This document shows positions 1 through 9,471 of a stretch of 55,290 nt of DNA, in pieces (position 1 is the stretch's first letter; each line of letters begins with the position of its first letter). Under the pieces are notes generated by a model. It did not search any database. It was not told the origin of the DNA and worked only from the letters and a program-made list of their open reading frames with translations. The position numbers and the translations under genes were made by a program. The DNA comes from a virus (taxonomy: Duplodnaviria > Caudoviricetes). The stretch spans positions 1-55,290 of IMG/VR virus record IMGVR_UViG_3300032006_000008; one strand, written 5' to 3'.

Positions 1-1947
1 TGCTTTAACCATCAATACAAAAACATCTTGGTAATTCAATCCCCAATATTCTTCATCTTCTTGTTTTGTTACAGCAGTCGGCAATATTTTCTGAACTTCT
101 TGTGCAGATAGTCCAACTATTTCAAGTCCGTCATATTCAACTTCTTTTGTTTCAGGGTCTATTTTGTTATAAGTCCCTATTTTTGTAAGAGTATTAATCT
201 TACCTAATGCATCATCAAACATTTTCCAGTTATCTTTTAGTCTTTCATCTGAGGAAATACTTGACCAAGAGGTACTGCCATTACTGAGTTTTACTCCCTC
301 TGAACGGGTTGATTGATTTGTATAAAATCTCCAATCTCTAATCGTTGTGTTCATCCACCAAGAAGATGCTGCGGAATCGTGTCTATAATATGAAGTCCAT
401 CCACCACCACCATAAGAAACAATATCATTTAATGGGCTAACTTGCAAAGAGGAATCTGTTGTAGTAATTACCGTTTGTCCACTTGCGTAGATATGTAAGG
501 GTGTACGAGATGAGTTTATCCATTTAAACTCTTCCCCACCTCTTCTACATTCAATATTAAAACCGTTAGAATGTTGATTTAACAGAGTTCCCCAAGTTGA
601 TTTTGTGTTATTATAATGTCCGAAATCACCTAAAGCTATTGCTCCATCACCGCTTCCATTTTGTCCGTAAACGTGCATCACATAATCATCATTGAACCAC
701 CCATCAGGTGAGTTAACTGAAAGTTTCCTTCTAATATTAACTTCAGATGGAGATGTTTCTATATTCCAATCTCCATTGGGTGCAAGAAAACCGATTGACT
801 CTCCACTTGCGTAAACAAACCCGTCAGTAGTTCCCCCCGAATCAATAAATTTAATTCCTGATTCTGTACCTGAACCTTTTATTTTTAATTGGTCATAATT
901 AGCACCACTTATTTGCACATTACCTGCAAATGTAGCGTTGCCATTTGCTTTTTCAATCTTGAGAGCATTAAGCCTACCACTAACATTTAGATTGCTATCT
1001 AAATATAAATTTTCCCCATCAGTTGAATTTCCAACTCTAAAGCCCCATCTTGGATGGTCTGTGCTATCCCCACCAAAAGCTATTTGATAATTATCAGGGT
1101 TATTATCAACAGAATTTGCAAAAGCCCCTTTTATACCAATTCCACCTGTTTTAATTTTTACTTTTTCAGTACCAGCAGTTTCAAATTTTATATAGCCATC
1201 AGAATCCATATGTATTTTCTCATTACTATCAGTAGTAACAAGAATTAAATCACCTGAGCCTATAACTCTTTCCAAAACTTGGACATTATTTGCAAACGTA
1301 GCCGATTGGTCTCCACCAAATATTAAGGCTTGTGTTCCCCCACTTGAAAAAGCAAGTTGATTATCTGCTGGACTATACATTCCTGAATCTGTGTTATTTG
1401 AAAATGAATATGAAGGTGAACCTGCTGACCCATTAGCAACTAAAGCAGAACCTGCAAACGTAACGCTTGAGTCAGTCCCTATTACAAGTGCATCATCACC
1501 ACTACTATAATTTGCAGATAAATGCAAAGGATGGGAAGATGTAGTCCTTAATGCTGTAAATGAACCGCCACTATATAAATAAGATTGACTTCCACCACTC
1601 TCACTAACCAAGACTTGTCCTGCTCTTATCTGTACTGAATTGCTTAAAAAATCTGTATTTCCAAGAGTACCTACTGAGGTAATAGTATCAGAATCAGCAG
1701 GCAATCTTGCTTTGTTTAATGTACCTGATGCTATATTGGATGCGTTTGTTGTGTCGGTTGTGGCAGAAGTTGCTAATCCGTGAGAACCTACAGAGGTTAA
1801 TGCACCACTTACTTTGCTTGTAGCGATAGCGGCTGAGCTATTTATATCAGAATTTACTATACTTCCATCGGCAATATCTGCTGAGACAACCGAATTATCT
1901 CCAATCTTAATTGCTTGTTCTGCAGGTTTATACCCATAATAAGCCAT
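1..1947 (-). CDS. Tail fibre protein with C-terminal peptidase S74 intramolecular chaperone domain (3'-truncated at window edge)
   Basis: Not in the ORF track because it runs off the window. ATG at 1947 (TAATG overlap) gives MAYYGYKPAEQAIKIGDNSVVSADIADG..., and the same frame at the window edge reads SSDERLKDNW...GLSAQEVQKILP...LNYQDVFVLMVKA, which are S74 motifs. G/S/T-rich. Confidence 0.85.
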   Translation of the reverse strand, partial: MAYYGYKPAEQAIKIGDNSVVSADIADGSIVNSDINSSAAIATSKVSGALTSVGSHGLATSATTDTTNASNIASGTLNKARLPADSDTITSVGTLGNTDFLSNSVQIRAGQVLVSESGGSQSYLYSGGSFTALRTTSSHPLHLSANYSSGDDALVIGTDSSVTFAGSALVANGSAGSPSYSFSNNTDSGMYSPADNQLAFSSGGTQALIFGGDQSATFANNVQVLERVIGSGDLILVTTDSNEKIHMDSDGYIKFETAGTEKVKIKTGGIGIKGAFANSVDNNPDNYQIAFGGDSTDHPRWGFRVGNSTDGENLYLDSNLNVSGRLNALKIEKANGNATFAGNVQISGANYDQLKIKGSGTESGIKFIDSGGTTDGFVYASGESIGFLAPNGDWNIETSPSEVNIRRKLSVNSPDGWFNDDYVMHVYGQNGSGDGAIALGDFGHYNNTKSTWGTLLNQHSNGFNIECRRGGEEFKWINSSRTPLHIYASGQTVITTTDSSLQVSPLNDIVSYGGGGWTSYYRHDSAASSWWMNTTIRDWRFYTNQSTRSEGVKLSNGSTSWSSISSDERLKDNWKMFDDALGKINTLTKIGTYNKIDPETKEVEYDGLEIVGLSAQEVQKILPTAVTKQEDEEYWGLNYQDVFVLMVKA

Positions 1948-2309
1948 TAAACATCCATCTCCATTAGTGATATTATTAAATCAACTGCACTTCCCGTGCT
2001 AGCCATCGCTTTTATTTTATCAGACGCCTGTAGAACGAGTTTATTCCCTTGCATTACCTCAAGAGTACTTCCACTTGGAACAGGGGCTCCTTTTAAAAGA
2101 TATACGTCTGAATTAGCGCTTGCATTTGCAATATCTGAATGGTCTGAAGTATCCGATATTACTTGAACATCTGCTGTTACTGCGCTTCCAGTTTTATTGG
2201 CTAAAGATATGCCAAGTATAATAGCTGTTTTACTTGAAGGTACATCATAATACTCTTCAAGACTTGTTCCGATACTAGCCTTTGTTTTTAGTTTAAATAC
2301 ATTCGCCAT
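1947..2309 (-). CDS. Small virion structural protein (MANxFK-type, tail region)
   Basis: 120 aa, beta-rich, translationally coupled within the tail operon. Confidence 0.6.
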   Translation of the reverse strand: MANVFKLKTKASIGTSLEEYYDVPSSKTAIILGISLANKTGSAVTADVQVISDTSDHSDIANASANSDVYLLKGAPVPSGSTLEVMQGNKLVLQASDKIKAMASTGSAVDLIISLMEMDV

Positions 2310-2313
2310 AATA

Positions 2314-2538
2314 TCAACCTAACGCAATTGCAAGAGCAGTCGCTTGGTCATCTACACCCGCTGAGTCTACAATCTCACGAATATTGTTTCCTGAGTCTTT
2401 AAAATAGAGTTTTCTTACACCTGAGTGATAGTTAAGAGCCAACTCTCCATAATCAACATCTGTAGATGCATTACTGCTATGAGTTGGAGCAGGGTTAGTT
2501 TCATTACTTCTATTTCTAATGATTATTTTATTTGCCAT
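2314..2538 (-). CDS. Small tail-fibre-associated protein (Mtd-N/hyaluronidase-N-like motif)
   Basis: KIIIRNR...GELALNY...KLYFKD resembles the N-terminus of the adjacent 315-aa protein. Confidence 0.55.
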   Translation of the reverse strand: MANKIIIRNRSNETNPAPTHSSNASTDVDYGELALNYHSGVRKLYFKDSGNNIREIVDSAGVDDQATALAIALG

Positions 2539-3485
2539 TAAAATGTTCCTCCATTAATTGTACAAGTAGAACCACTCGGTCCACCTATTGATGTAGCTTC
2601 TATAGCTCCAAATTCAACAGCTCCTGCAGTTCCACTAATTACTTGCGCCCCTGATTCAGTTGAGTCAGGAATAAATGTAAATTTTCCAGATGACTCATTA
2701 AATCCAAAGAAACCAACTTTAGCAGCACTTCCATTGTGCCATTTAAAAGCAATTCCCTTATCTTTATCATCATCTGAAGCATCGGTATCTCCACCTACTG
2801 TGAAAATTGGGTCATCAACAGTTGTTACCGTGCTATTTACAGTCGTAGTAGTTCCATCAATTTGTAAATCTCCACTTATAATAACCTTTGAGCTACCATT
2901 TGCATCTATTGTTAAATTTCCACTAGTAGTAGTAATTGTATTATCATTTTCTATTCCGACTGTTACATTACCTCCTGTAATACCTGCGAAAGTAGGGCTA
3001 GATGAGGTTGCTACTGCTTGTCCTATTGCGATTGCAGCTGAAGAGCCTTCAGATTGTGTATGTGTTACAGTGACTCCAGTGCCTGCTGTAACATTACTCA
3101 TATAGTTACCTGTAGTTTCAGTTCCTAGAGCAACACCATTATCTTTTATGGTTACTACTCCACTAGATACTAAAAAGTTATCAGTACTAAAAGCTGCTAA
3201 TCCTTTAGCTGAATCAGTTGCCCATACGGCTGACTGGTCTTGCCTAAGAGTTACTGTTCTTCCTCTGTCGTTTTCACCAGATGCTGCGCTTAATGTAATT
3301 CCATTACCCGCAGTTAAATCATCTAGCATTGGTAAATGAGCTACTTGTACACTAGAATTATTATGTCTTCCAATGTATAATTTTCTGCCAGCCTGGTCTA
3401 ATGCCATTTCACCTGACGCTAGACCACTAGGCACAGAGCTAGTACCGTTATCGGCAGCTCTTTTTATTTGAATGGTATTAGCCAT
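2538..3485 (-). CDS. Tail fibre-like protein with Mtd-N-like N-terminus
   Basis: TIQIKR...PSGLASGEMALD...KLYIG, then G/T/S-rich repeats and GDLQIDGTTTTVNST..VDDP fibre motif. Confidence 0.7.
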   Translation of the reverse strand: MANTIQIKRAADNGTSSVPSGLASGEMALDQAGRKLYIGRHNNSSVQVAHLPMLDDLTAGNGITLSAASGENDRGRTVTLRQDQSAVWATDSAKGLAAFSTDNFLVSSGVVTIKDNGVALGTETTGNYMSNVTAGTGVTVTHTQSEGSSAAIAIGQAVATSSSPTFAGITGGNVTVGIENDNTITTTSGNLTIDANGSSKVIISGDLQIDGTTTTVNSTVTTVDDPIFTVGGDTDASDDDKDKGIAFKWHNGSAAKVGFFGFNESSGKFTFIPDSTESGAQVISGTAGAVEFGAIEATSIGGPSGSTCTINGGTF

Positions 3486-3500
3486 TTTATTCTCCTATTG

Positions 3501-3827
3501 TTAAGTGAATGTCCCACCGTCTAGAGTGGAACGACCATCTACATGGATTTCTTGCCATGAGTCCTCGTCTCTGATATATGCTTTATCATCATCAGAATCA
3601 TACCACAGTTGACCTTCAAACAAATCGCTCGTTGGAGCTGAAGCTGAAGCTGTGATTGCTTTACTTGAAATTTCTTCTATTGCGGCTTTAACATTTGTAG
3701 CATTTACCCCACTTGCTGATACTGAAATTTGTCCAGCTCTTATATCATGGGTAGATGATACTTTTGATACTCTTTGAGTCCCTACGCTTTTACTTGAACC
3801 AGTTGTCGTAGATTTAATTGAAGCCAT
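3501..3827 (-). CDS. Short fibre-like structural protein
   Basis: APTS...EGQLWYDSD trimeric fibre motif; ends in DGGTF like the neighbour. Confidence 0.55.
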   Translation of the reverse strand: MASIKSTTTGSSKSVGTQRVSKVSSTHDIRAGQISVSASGVNATNVKAAIEEISSKAITASASAPTSDLFEGQLWYDSDDDKAYIRDEDSWQEIHVDGRSTLDGGTFT

Positions 3828-4465
3828 TATGTAAATACTCCTTGTTTTGTTACAGACTTCTCTAGATAGACTTCTCCATTTATTTGCCTTGTTATTACCG
3901 AAGTATCATTATGTTTAGATATTAAATCCCAATACCCAGTAAATGTATCATCTAGAACAGCTGTCTTACTTGCATCTAAAGTCATTTTGTATGTATCTCC
4001 ATCTGAGTCTATTGACGCAATTCCATTTAGTGTTAAAAATCCTGCTTCGCCTACCAATAAAGATATACTTCCTTCTGTTCCTGACCCTACTCCTGATGGC
4101 AAAGAAACTGTAGGTTGAGTACTATATCCAGAGCCTGCGTCAGTTATGGTTACAGATGTAATCTTTCCACCTGATATTACACAAGTTGCAGCTGCGTTAG
4201 TTGCTCCTGATATTACTCCATTTCCACCAGAAAGTGATAATGTATAAGTCCCATCCGTATAATCCTTTCCAGCATTATTAACAACATAAGCTACTATTTT
4301 GTTAGCTTCGTCATCTCCAGTAAATGCAGTCTGTGAATAATCCTTAGATATTCTTGCAACCAATTCATTCTTCTCTATCACAAAAGAAGTTTCAAAGGTT
4401 ACAGTCTCTTCTAATGACTCATCTTGATATATTGTCAAGTTAATATAGTCGGTAGTAGAAGCCAT
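3827..4465 (-). CDS. Virion structural protein (BppU-N-like fold with inserted G-rich repeat)
   Basis: INLTIYQ...MTLDASKT...YWDL...INGEV pattern with an inserted VTITDAGSGYS..PTV repeat. Confidence 0.5.
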   Translation of the reverse strand: MASTTDYINLTIYQDESLEETVTFETSFVIEKNELVARISKDYSQTAFTGDDEANKIVAYVVNNAGKDYTDGTYTLSLSGGNGVISGATNAAATCVISGGKITSVTITDAGSGYSTQPTVSLPSGVGSGTEGSISLLVGEAGFLTLNGIASIDSDGDTYKMTLDASKTAVLDDTFTGYWDLISKHNDTSVITRQINGEVYLEKSVTKQGVFT

Positions 4466-4471
4466 TATTAC

Positions 4472-4816
4472 CTACATAAGTACTGAAGTTACTGTAGAGT
4501 TAGTAGAACCATTTCTTCTGAAACAAAAGTATACAGAATCATTCGGGTCTCCTAAGTCTGGAACATTCAAATAATGGGTTTGAGCTCCATATAGTAATAA
4601 ATCATTAGTAGCATCTATATCATAACTTGAAGATGTACTAAAACTTACTATTATAGGATTCGTAGCTGTGACTGCAATCTTATGATTTTTATTTTTATCA
4701 ATAGTAATCCTAGATGTATTAGTATTACTAGTAGTTACTGCAGTTTGCACATCCCAAACTGGAGAAGCGTCAACATTTAATGCTTCACTTGCTCCCATTT
4801 TTTGTAGTTTCGCCAT
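4472..4816 (-). CDS. Hypothetical virion protein
   Basis: 114 aa beta-rich ORF with AAGGA RBS in the structural operon. Confidence 0.55.
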   Translation of the reverse strand: MAKLQKMGASEALNVDASPVWDVQTAVTTSNTNTSRITIDKNKNHKIAVTATNPIIVSFSTSSSYDIDATNDLLLYGAQTHYLNVPDLGDPNDSVYFCFRRNGSTNSTVTSVLM

Positions 4817-4829
4817 AGTTTATTCCTTT

Positions 4830-5333
4830 TTATCTAACACTAAATATGCCTTTAGGCATTGATATTGAGACATTTCTATTATTGCTCTCATTATCGCTTA
4901 ATTTTTTATAAAACTCTCTCATATAATATTCTTTTTTCTCTATTTCTCCAGAACGCTCAAAAGACTTTGCTTTAACATAGTCTACGACAGCTAAAGATAA
5001 AGTAGAATTTAAGTTTATATGTGAAGATTCGGAAGGGCTACTTACATTAGTTAGGGTCTGATTTACCCATGTATCTTCATCTGTATCTGTAGATAAAGAA
5101 GATGGGTCTTTATCAACAAATGCCCCTAATCCGTTAGCATCCTTTAAACCTGTATATTCTACCCTTAATCCATTTTGAATATCTTCACTTGGATATATAA
5201 TAGTAGAATCATCAAGATTTACCATTTTACCAGTTGTATCTGGATTGATTTTAGCACTTGACATTTTTTCATATATATGAATCATGTCTCCAATTACCTT
5301 GTAAAACCAATTCCTGCTAGTATCGTAACTCAT
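4830..5333 (-). CDS. Putative head-tail adaptor/ring protein (C-terminal-half-like)
   Basis: IIYP...LRVEY...LAVVDYVKAK...EYYMREF resembles podovirus adaptor C-termini; lies downstream of MCP. Confidence 0.45.
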   Translation of the reverse strand: MSYDTSRNWFYKVIGDMIHIYEKMSSAKINPDTTGKMVNLDDSTIIYPSEDIQNGLRVEYTGLKDANGLGAFVDKDPSSLSTDTDEDTWVNQTLTNVSSPSESSHINLNSTLSLAVVDYVKAKSFERSGEIEKKEYYMREFYKKLSDNESNNRNVSISMPKGIFSVR

Positions 5334-5614
5334 GGATTTGTATCCTCTGTAACAATTGGTTCATCAACAATGCGTCTAATTCTCTTATATTTATTATCAT
5401 CATCAGTATCTAAAACAGATACAGACTTGAGAGATATTAAATCATTTGGCAAATTATACTCTCTAGTGCCTTTAGCAATATCCATCTTTTTCACCCTAGC
5501 TTTTCCACCTGCTCTTTGAGTACTCTGAATGGCGTTAAAAGCATCTTTTATCCAAGCGATACATAATTTTGTATCTCTAATATTGCTTCTTTCCATAATC
5601 TCAAGTATAGTCAT
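5330..5614 (-). CDS. Putative head-tail adaptor/ring protein (N-terminal-half-like)
   Basis: MTILEI...IKDA...EYNLPNDLI..V resembles adaptor N-termini; ATGA-coupled to the next gene. Confidence 0.45.
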   Translation of the reverse strand: MTILEIMERSNIRDTKLCIAWIKDAFNAIQSTQRAGGKARVKKMDIAKGTREYNLPNDLISLKSVSVLDTDDDNKYKRIRRIVDEPIVTEDTNP

Positions 5615-7197
5615 TATTGGTCAGATTTCCTTTCCTCTGCTCTTTGTGCTTGTTGTTGTTGTTGTGGAGCTGCCACACCTCCAGTAATAGCCTTTAATTC
5701 ATTCATCGCCCAATTATAATATTGCATACCAGCTTGTTGATTTTGAGTTGATAAACTTAAATATCCTTGAGCCTTTTGCATTTGCTGTCCAGCTTCTTGT
5801 AAAAATCTTTCTCTTTTCTTTAAATCCATTCCGTAATTTTGAACTTCTTTTTGCACCTCCTGAGTGAACTTCTGTACCGATTGAGAGTTTGTTTCCCTTT
5901 CAATTTGTAATTGAGCAGCCACCTTTTGAAGCTCAGACGTAAATTTGTCCTTCTTTTCTTTAGATTTAAAAGAACGTTTTTCAATATCAGACCTCATTTG
6001 TTTTAGTTCATTATCAATCCTCGCATTTTCTTTTTGAACTTGAGCTCCCCATCTTGCTATTTCTGCTTGAAATTCTTGATTCCCTCTTTGTACACTAGAT
6101 GCAAATTCTTCTAGTTTTGTTTTTTCTTTCTCTAGATTTCCTCTTGCTCTTGTTAATTCTTGTTGAGAAACTTTTAAGGATGAATCAACCATCTCTATAT
6201 CTTCATCATTTAACCACCCTTGAGCTGATGTTCCTACAGAATCTCCTCCAATAGAACTTTGGCTATCTACAATATTCTGAGATTTAGATAATGCATCTTC
6301 TACGCTTGAATAATCAAGCACTTGGTCGCTAGATGGTATATAATCAGATGGATTGGGAAGACTTAGACCTGACATAGTAAATACATCACTAGTAAATCCA
6401 CTTTCCTCTGCTGTCAATGTCTCAAGAGCTCCTATTGAGCTCCACGTTAAACTTGGTACAGTAACATTATTAATACTATGTGAGGGGAATAGTGTTAGAT
6501 AATTTGATAAAGATGTAGTTGAAGAGGCTAGCGCTGTTCCCGCACTATCACGATTATCCTTAGAAGTATAAAGCATATCCAATCCGCCTGCATACATAAG
6601 TGCAACATTTTCAAATTCAGCCAATAGCCAAGAGTCTGTATTTTCATCAATGACTGGTGGAGCTGCATATACTATTACTCCTTTATCTCCTGTTTGGGCA
6701 GGAATGTTAGTTACTGCGCTACTACCTAGTTTATAATAAGTATGGTCATTTGCGCTAGTTGCATTCCCTTGATTATCTAAAGCTATTGAGTCATTGTTCC
6801 AATCTGGGTCTGGCTTAATATAGACCTTTCCAGAAAGTTTATAAAATTTTGGGAACATATTAGTAGCTCCAAGAAGACTTTCACTTTCATCAAATATATG
6901 AATATTTTTATCAGGAGCTTCAGCTGCTACTCTTTTTTTCTTTACTCCATTTGCATCAGTTCCATCTTCTCTATAAACTGCTAAAATTTTATCATATGCA
7001 ATAGATGAACCTAACCCTATTTTTTTAGTACCACTTGAATCCCATCCCATAACTTCATCTTCAGTGGCAATGCTCCATAAGAACTTCTCAGGCAAAGCAG
7101 ATGTAAGTAGCTTTGAAGCCATGTTGATATACTCTACTAAGTTTTTACTTGCAGTAGAATTACCAGTCAAGTTGTTTACTTTTTGCCAAAGTTTCAT
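5614..7197 (-). CDS. Virion protein, adaptor-like N-terminus plus long Q/E/K coiled-coil C-terminus
   Basis: 527 aa; FPKFYKLSGKVYIKPDP ring-protein-like segment; heptad-rich C-terminal ~190 aa. Confidence 0.5.
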   Translation of the reverse strand: MKLWQKVNNLTGNSTASKNLVEYINMASKLLTSALPEKFLWSIATEDEVMGWDSSGTKKIGLGSSIAYDKILAVYREDGTDANGVKKKRVAAEAPDKNIHIFDESESLLGATNMFPKFYKLSGKVYIKPDPDWNNDSIALDNQGNATSANDHTYYKLGSSAVTNIPAQTGDKGVIVYAAPPVIDENTDSWLLAEFENVALMYAGGLDMLYTSKDNRDSAGTALASSTTSLSNYLTLFPSHSINNVTVPSLTWSSIGALETLTAEESGFTSDVFTMSGLSLPNPSDYIPSSDQVLDYSSVEDALSKSQNIVDSQSSIGGDSVGTSAQGWLNDEDIEMVDSSLKVSQQELTRARGNLEKEKTKLEEFASSVQRGNQEFQAEIARWGAQVQKENARIDNELKQMRSDIEKRSFKSKEKKDKFTSELQKVAAQLQIERETNSQSVQKFTQEVQKEVQNYGMDLKKRERFLQEAGQQMQKAQGYLSLSTQNQQAGMQYYNWAMNELKAITGGVAAPQQQQQAQRAEERKSDQ

Positions 7198-7754
7198 TAT
7201 CCACCAATTAGGATAGCTGTTACAGTTGATTCAGCGTCAGTATTAACATATCCAGCGTCTTTAATCTTTATGTTTGCAACTGGTAAACCACTTCCATCAG
7301 TATCAGACAATGGAATTACACAACTCTCACCAGATGAAAGTCTTGCAAGTACTACTTTTAATGTGGTAGTACCTCCATTTAATGTTACAGCCCCATCTGC
7401 GTCAGTTGGGCTAGTTACTGCAGTATGGTCTCCAGTTAGAGTTAATTCTAAATCTACAGTTCTTGCAGTCCCAGTTTGAGAATCTACTTTTAAAGACAAA
7501 GCTTTGACTTCACTTGGGGCTGTCCCAACTGTGGTTACAGATTCAAACGCACTTGCAATTGCAGTAAAGTCAGTTCCACTTACTACTCCACTATACTTAA
7601 CTGCATCAGCAGCTGTATAGCTTTGAGTATAAGAACCACCAGAAGTACCTACATTTTTATCAGAATCTTTAATAGTGTAAGACTTTGAGCCAACTGTCTT
7701 AGAATCATTAATAATTGCGTCTAATGTAGACGTTATTTTTATATCATTTGCCAT
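7197..7754 (-). CDS. Putative capsid decoration/structural protein
   Basis: 185 aa, T/S/A/V-rich, immediately downstream of MCP, GGAG RBS. Confidence 0.5.
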   Translation of the reverse strand: MANDIKITSTLDAIINDSKTVGSKSYTIKDSDKNVGTSGGSYTQSYTAADAVKYSGVVSGTDFTAIASAFESVTTVGTAPSEVKALSLKVDSQTGTARTVDLELTLTGDHTAVTSPTDADGAVTLNGGTTTLKVVLARLSSGESCVIPLSDTDGSGLPVANIKIKDAGYVNTDAESTVTAILIGG

Positions 7755-7777
7755 ATTTTACTCCATAATAACCGTTC

Positions 7778-7821
7778 GCCCCTCTCGGAAGAAAGGAGGA
7801 GGACAAAGAACCAAAAGGGGC
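7778..7821 (-). promoter_or_regulatory. RNA stem-loop with pyrimidine-rich anti-SD loop downstream of MCP
   Basis: GCCCCTTTTGG/CCGAGAGGGGC 11-bp stem whose 2 G-U pairs form only on the sense strand; loop TTCTTTGTCCTCCTCCTTTCTT. Confidence 0.6.
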
Positions 7822-7850
7822 TACTAAGTTATATTTCACGAAACTAGTCC

Positions 7851-9413
7851 TTAGACTTTCCAGATTGCGTGACATTCAGGCATTGAGAACTCAGTACCTA
7901 ATTCAGAGAGGATTAAGTCAACCCTTCTGTCTGTACCAGTATTCTCTAATGATTGAACACCAACATAAACTGATGTGTCTCTGTTAACGCCGTTGCCAAC
8001 TAGAGGTCTTATTTTCGCATAAGACATATTAACAGCCATTATCTTAACATGAGTTCCGTCAAGTTGGATATTGCGAACTACATTCATATCTCCATAAGGA
8101 GTTGAAATTTGTAGAACACCAAGTCCGTATGCATTCTTCTTGCCTGTTACAGCGAAGTCTGCACGACCTAAAGCGTCTCCAGTTGTTCCAACTGCTTGTA
8201 CGTTCTGTGAGAAATATCCACCTAGTTTATGCAACCAGTTGTATACATCTGTAGAACAGAAAAAGATTGTTGGTTTAGAACTTTGATAACGCGGGTCCAT
8301 GAACCTTGACATATCATCTAAGAATGAATCAGCTGAGTGTGAACTACTCCATGAAAAGATATTACCTTTATCAAGGATGTAGCTTACAGCACCCTGCGTG
8401 TACTGAACTGTGTCAGAGCTAGAACCATAGGCTCCACTTACTTGCGTACCAAACAAGATAGAATATTCAATATCCCATTTATGTTCAATAAGCTTTTCGC
8501 GCCAAATACGTGCCCATTCATTTGGTTCATATTTAAGAACCGTTGCACGAGCTGTATTGGTCATGTAAGCTTCTGTACGAAATATCTGAGTTTGACCACT
8601 AGATGTACTAAAAGGTTGGTCATTCCAAGATAAGTCAGTTAGTTTAGAACCTTCTGGATAAGCAGTACCAACAACATAAGAACGTGCTTGTTCTAGAGTT
8701 GTGGTTGCGCTATCAGCCATCTTCGCTTGACTTGCTCCATGAGCAACAATCAAAGTTGAGCCAGCTGTATAAGAAGCTAAATGCAATCCACTAGCTGAAG
8801 AAGGTTTTACAACCTTTACTCTTACAACCATTTGATTTGCATTACCGCCTGAGCCAGAAACCGTTTCTCTAACTTGGACAACTGCATATTCACTTGTTCC
8901 AACTGCCGTAGCTGAAGCCTTTAGAGGGACTTTTATCAGCTGGTCTTTCATAAGGAACAAAGGCTCTGTATTAGCAGAGCCAATACTTACTGAACCTTGA
9001 CCAATTGTATTACCAATATTGCCAGTGTTTTTGTAATCAGTACCGATTCTAAGAATCTGCCCATTACCAGCTGCGCTTAAATCACCTACTGCACTTGTAG
9101 CGGTGATACTAGTACCAGCAGCGGCTGTTCCGTCAGCAGCGAATCCAGTTACATATCCATATCGTTTATGAAAAGAAGGTCTACGCTCGGTATATTTAAA
9201 CTGAGGGTCATCTGTCGCTTGTTTTGACATCTTTGACAAAATCCTAAAGAAAGGTGTTTGGTCAATTGCCAATTCAGAAACTCTGTCTCCGAAGTTAAAT
9301 TTCCGACGCAGTAAACCTGTGTTGAGGGGAGTACCACCAGCGTAATCCACATCAGCGGTATTATAATCGCTTACTTGAACTCCACCTGGAGGTACGGTAG
9401 AATAACTTGCCAT
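7851..9413 (-). CDS. Major capsid protein (HK97 fold, SU10/DUF5309-like)
   Basis: Follows portal and scaffold; TPFFRILSK, QTQIFRT, EHKWDIEYSILFG, STPYGDM motifs; strong AAGGAAGGAG RBS. Confidence 0.85.
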   Translation of the reverse strand: MASYSTVPPGGVQVSDYNTADVDYAGGTPLNTGLLRRKFNFGDRVSELAIDQTPFFRILSKMSKQATDDPQFKYTERRPSFHKRYGYVTGFAADGTAAAGTSITATSAVGDLSAAGNGQILRIGTDYKNTGNIGNTIGQGSVSIGSANTEPLFLMKDQLIKVPLKASATAVGTSEYAVVQVRETVSGSGGNANQMVVRVKVVKPSSASGLHLASYTAGSTLIVAHGASQAKMADSATTTLEQARSYVVGTAYPEGSKLTDLSWNDQPFSTSSGQTQIFRTEAYMTNTARATVLKYEPNEWARIWREKLIEHKWDIEYSILFGTQVSGAYGSSSDTVQYTQGAVSYILDKGNIFSWSSSHSADSFLDDMSRFMDPRYQSSKPTIFFCSTDVYNWLHKLGGYFSQNVQAVGTTGDALGRADFAVTGKKNAYGLGVLQISTPYGDMNVVRNIQLDGTHVKIMAVNMSYAKIRPLVGNGVNRDTSVYVGVQSLENTGTDRRVDLILSELGTEFSMPECHAIWKV

Positions 9414-9471
9414 TTGAAGTTACTCCTTCCTTGTTTACTATGTTAACAAATTATGTTAACTAGGAAGCCAT

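Noticed and set aside
2314-3485. Diversity-generating retroelement suggested by the Mtd-N-like domains
   Set aside because: No reverse transcriptase ORF and no template/variable repeat pair seen in the window
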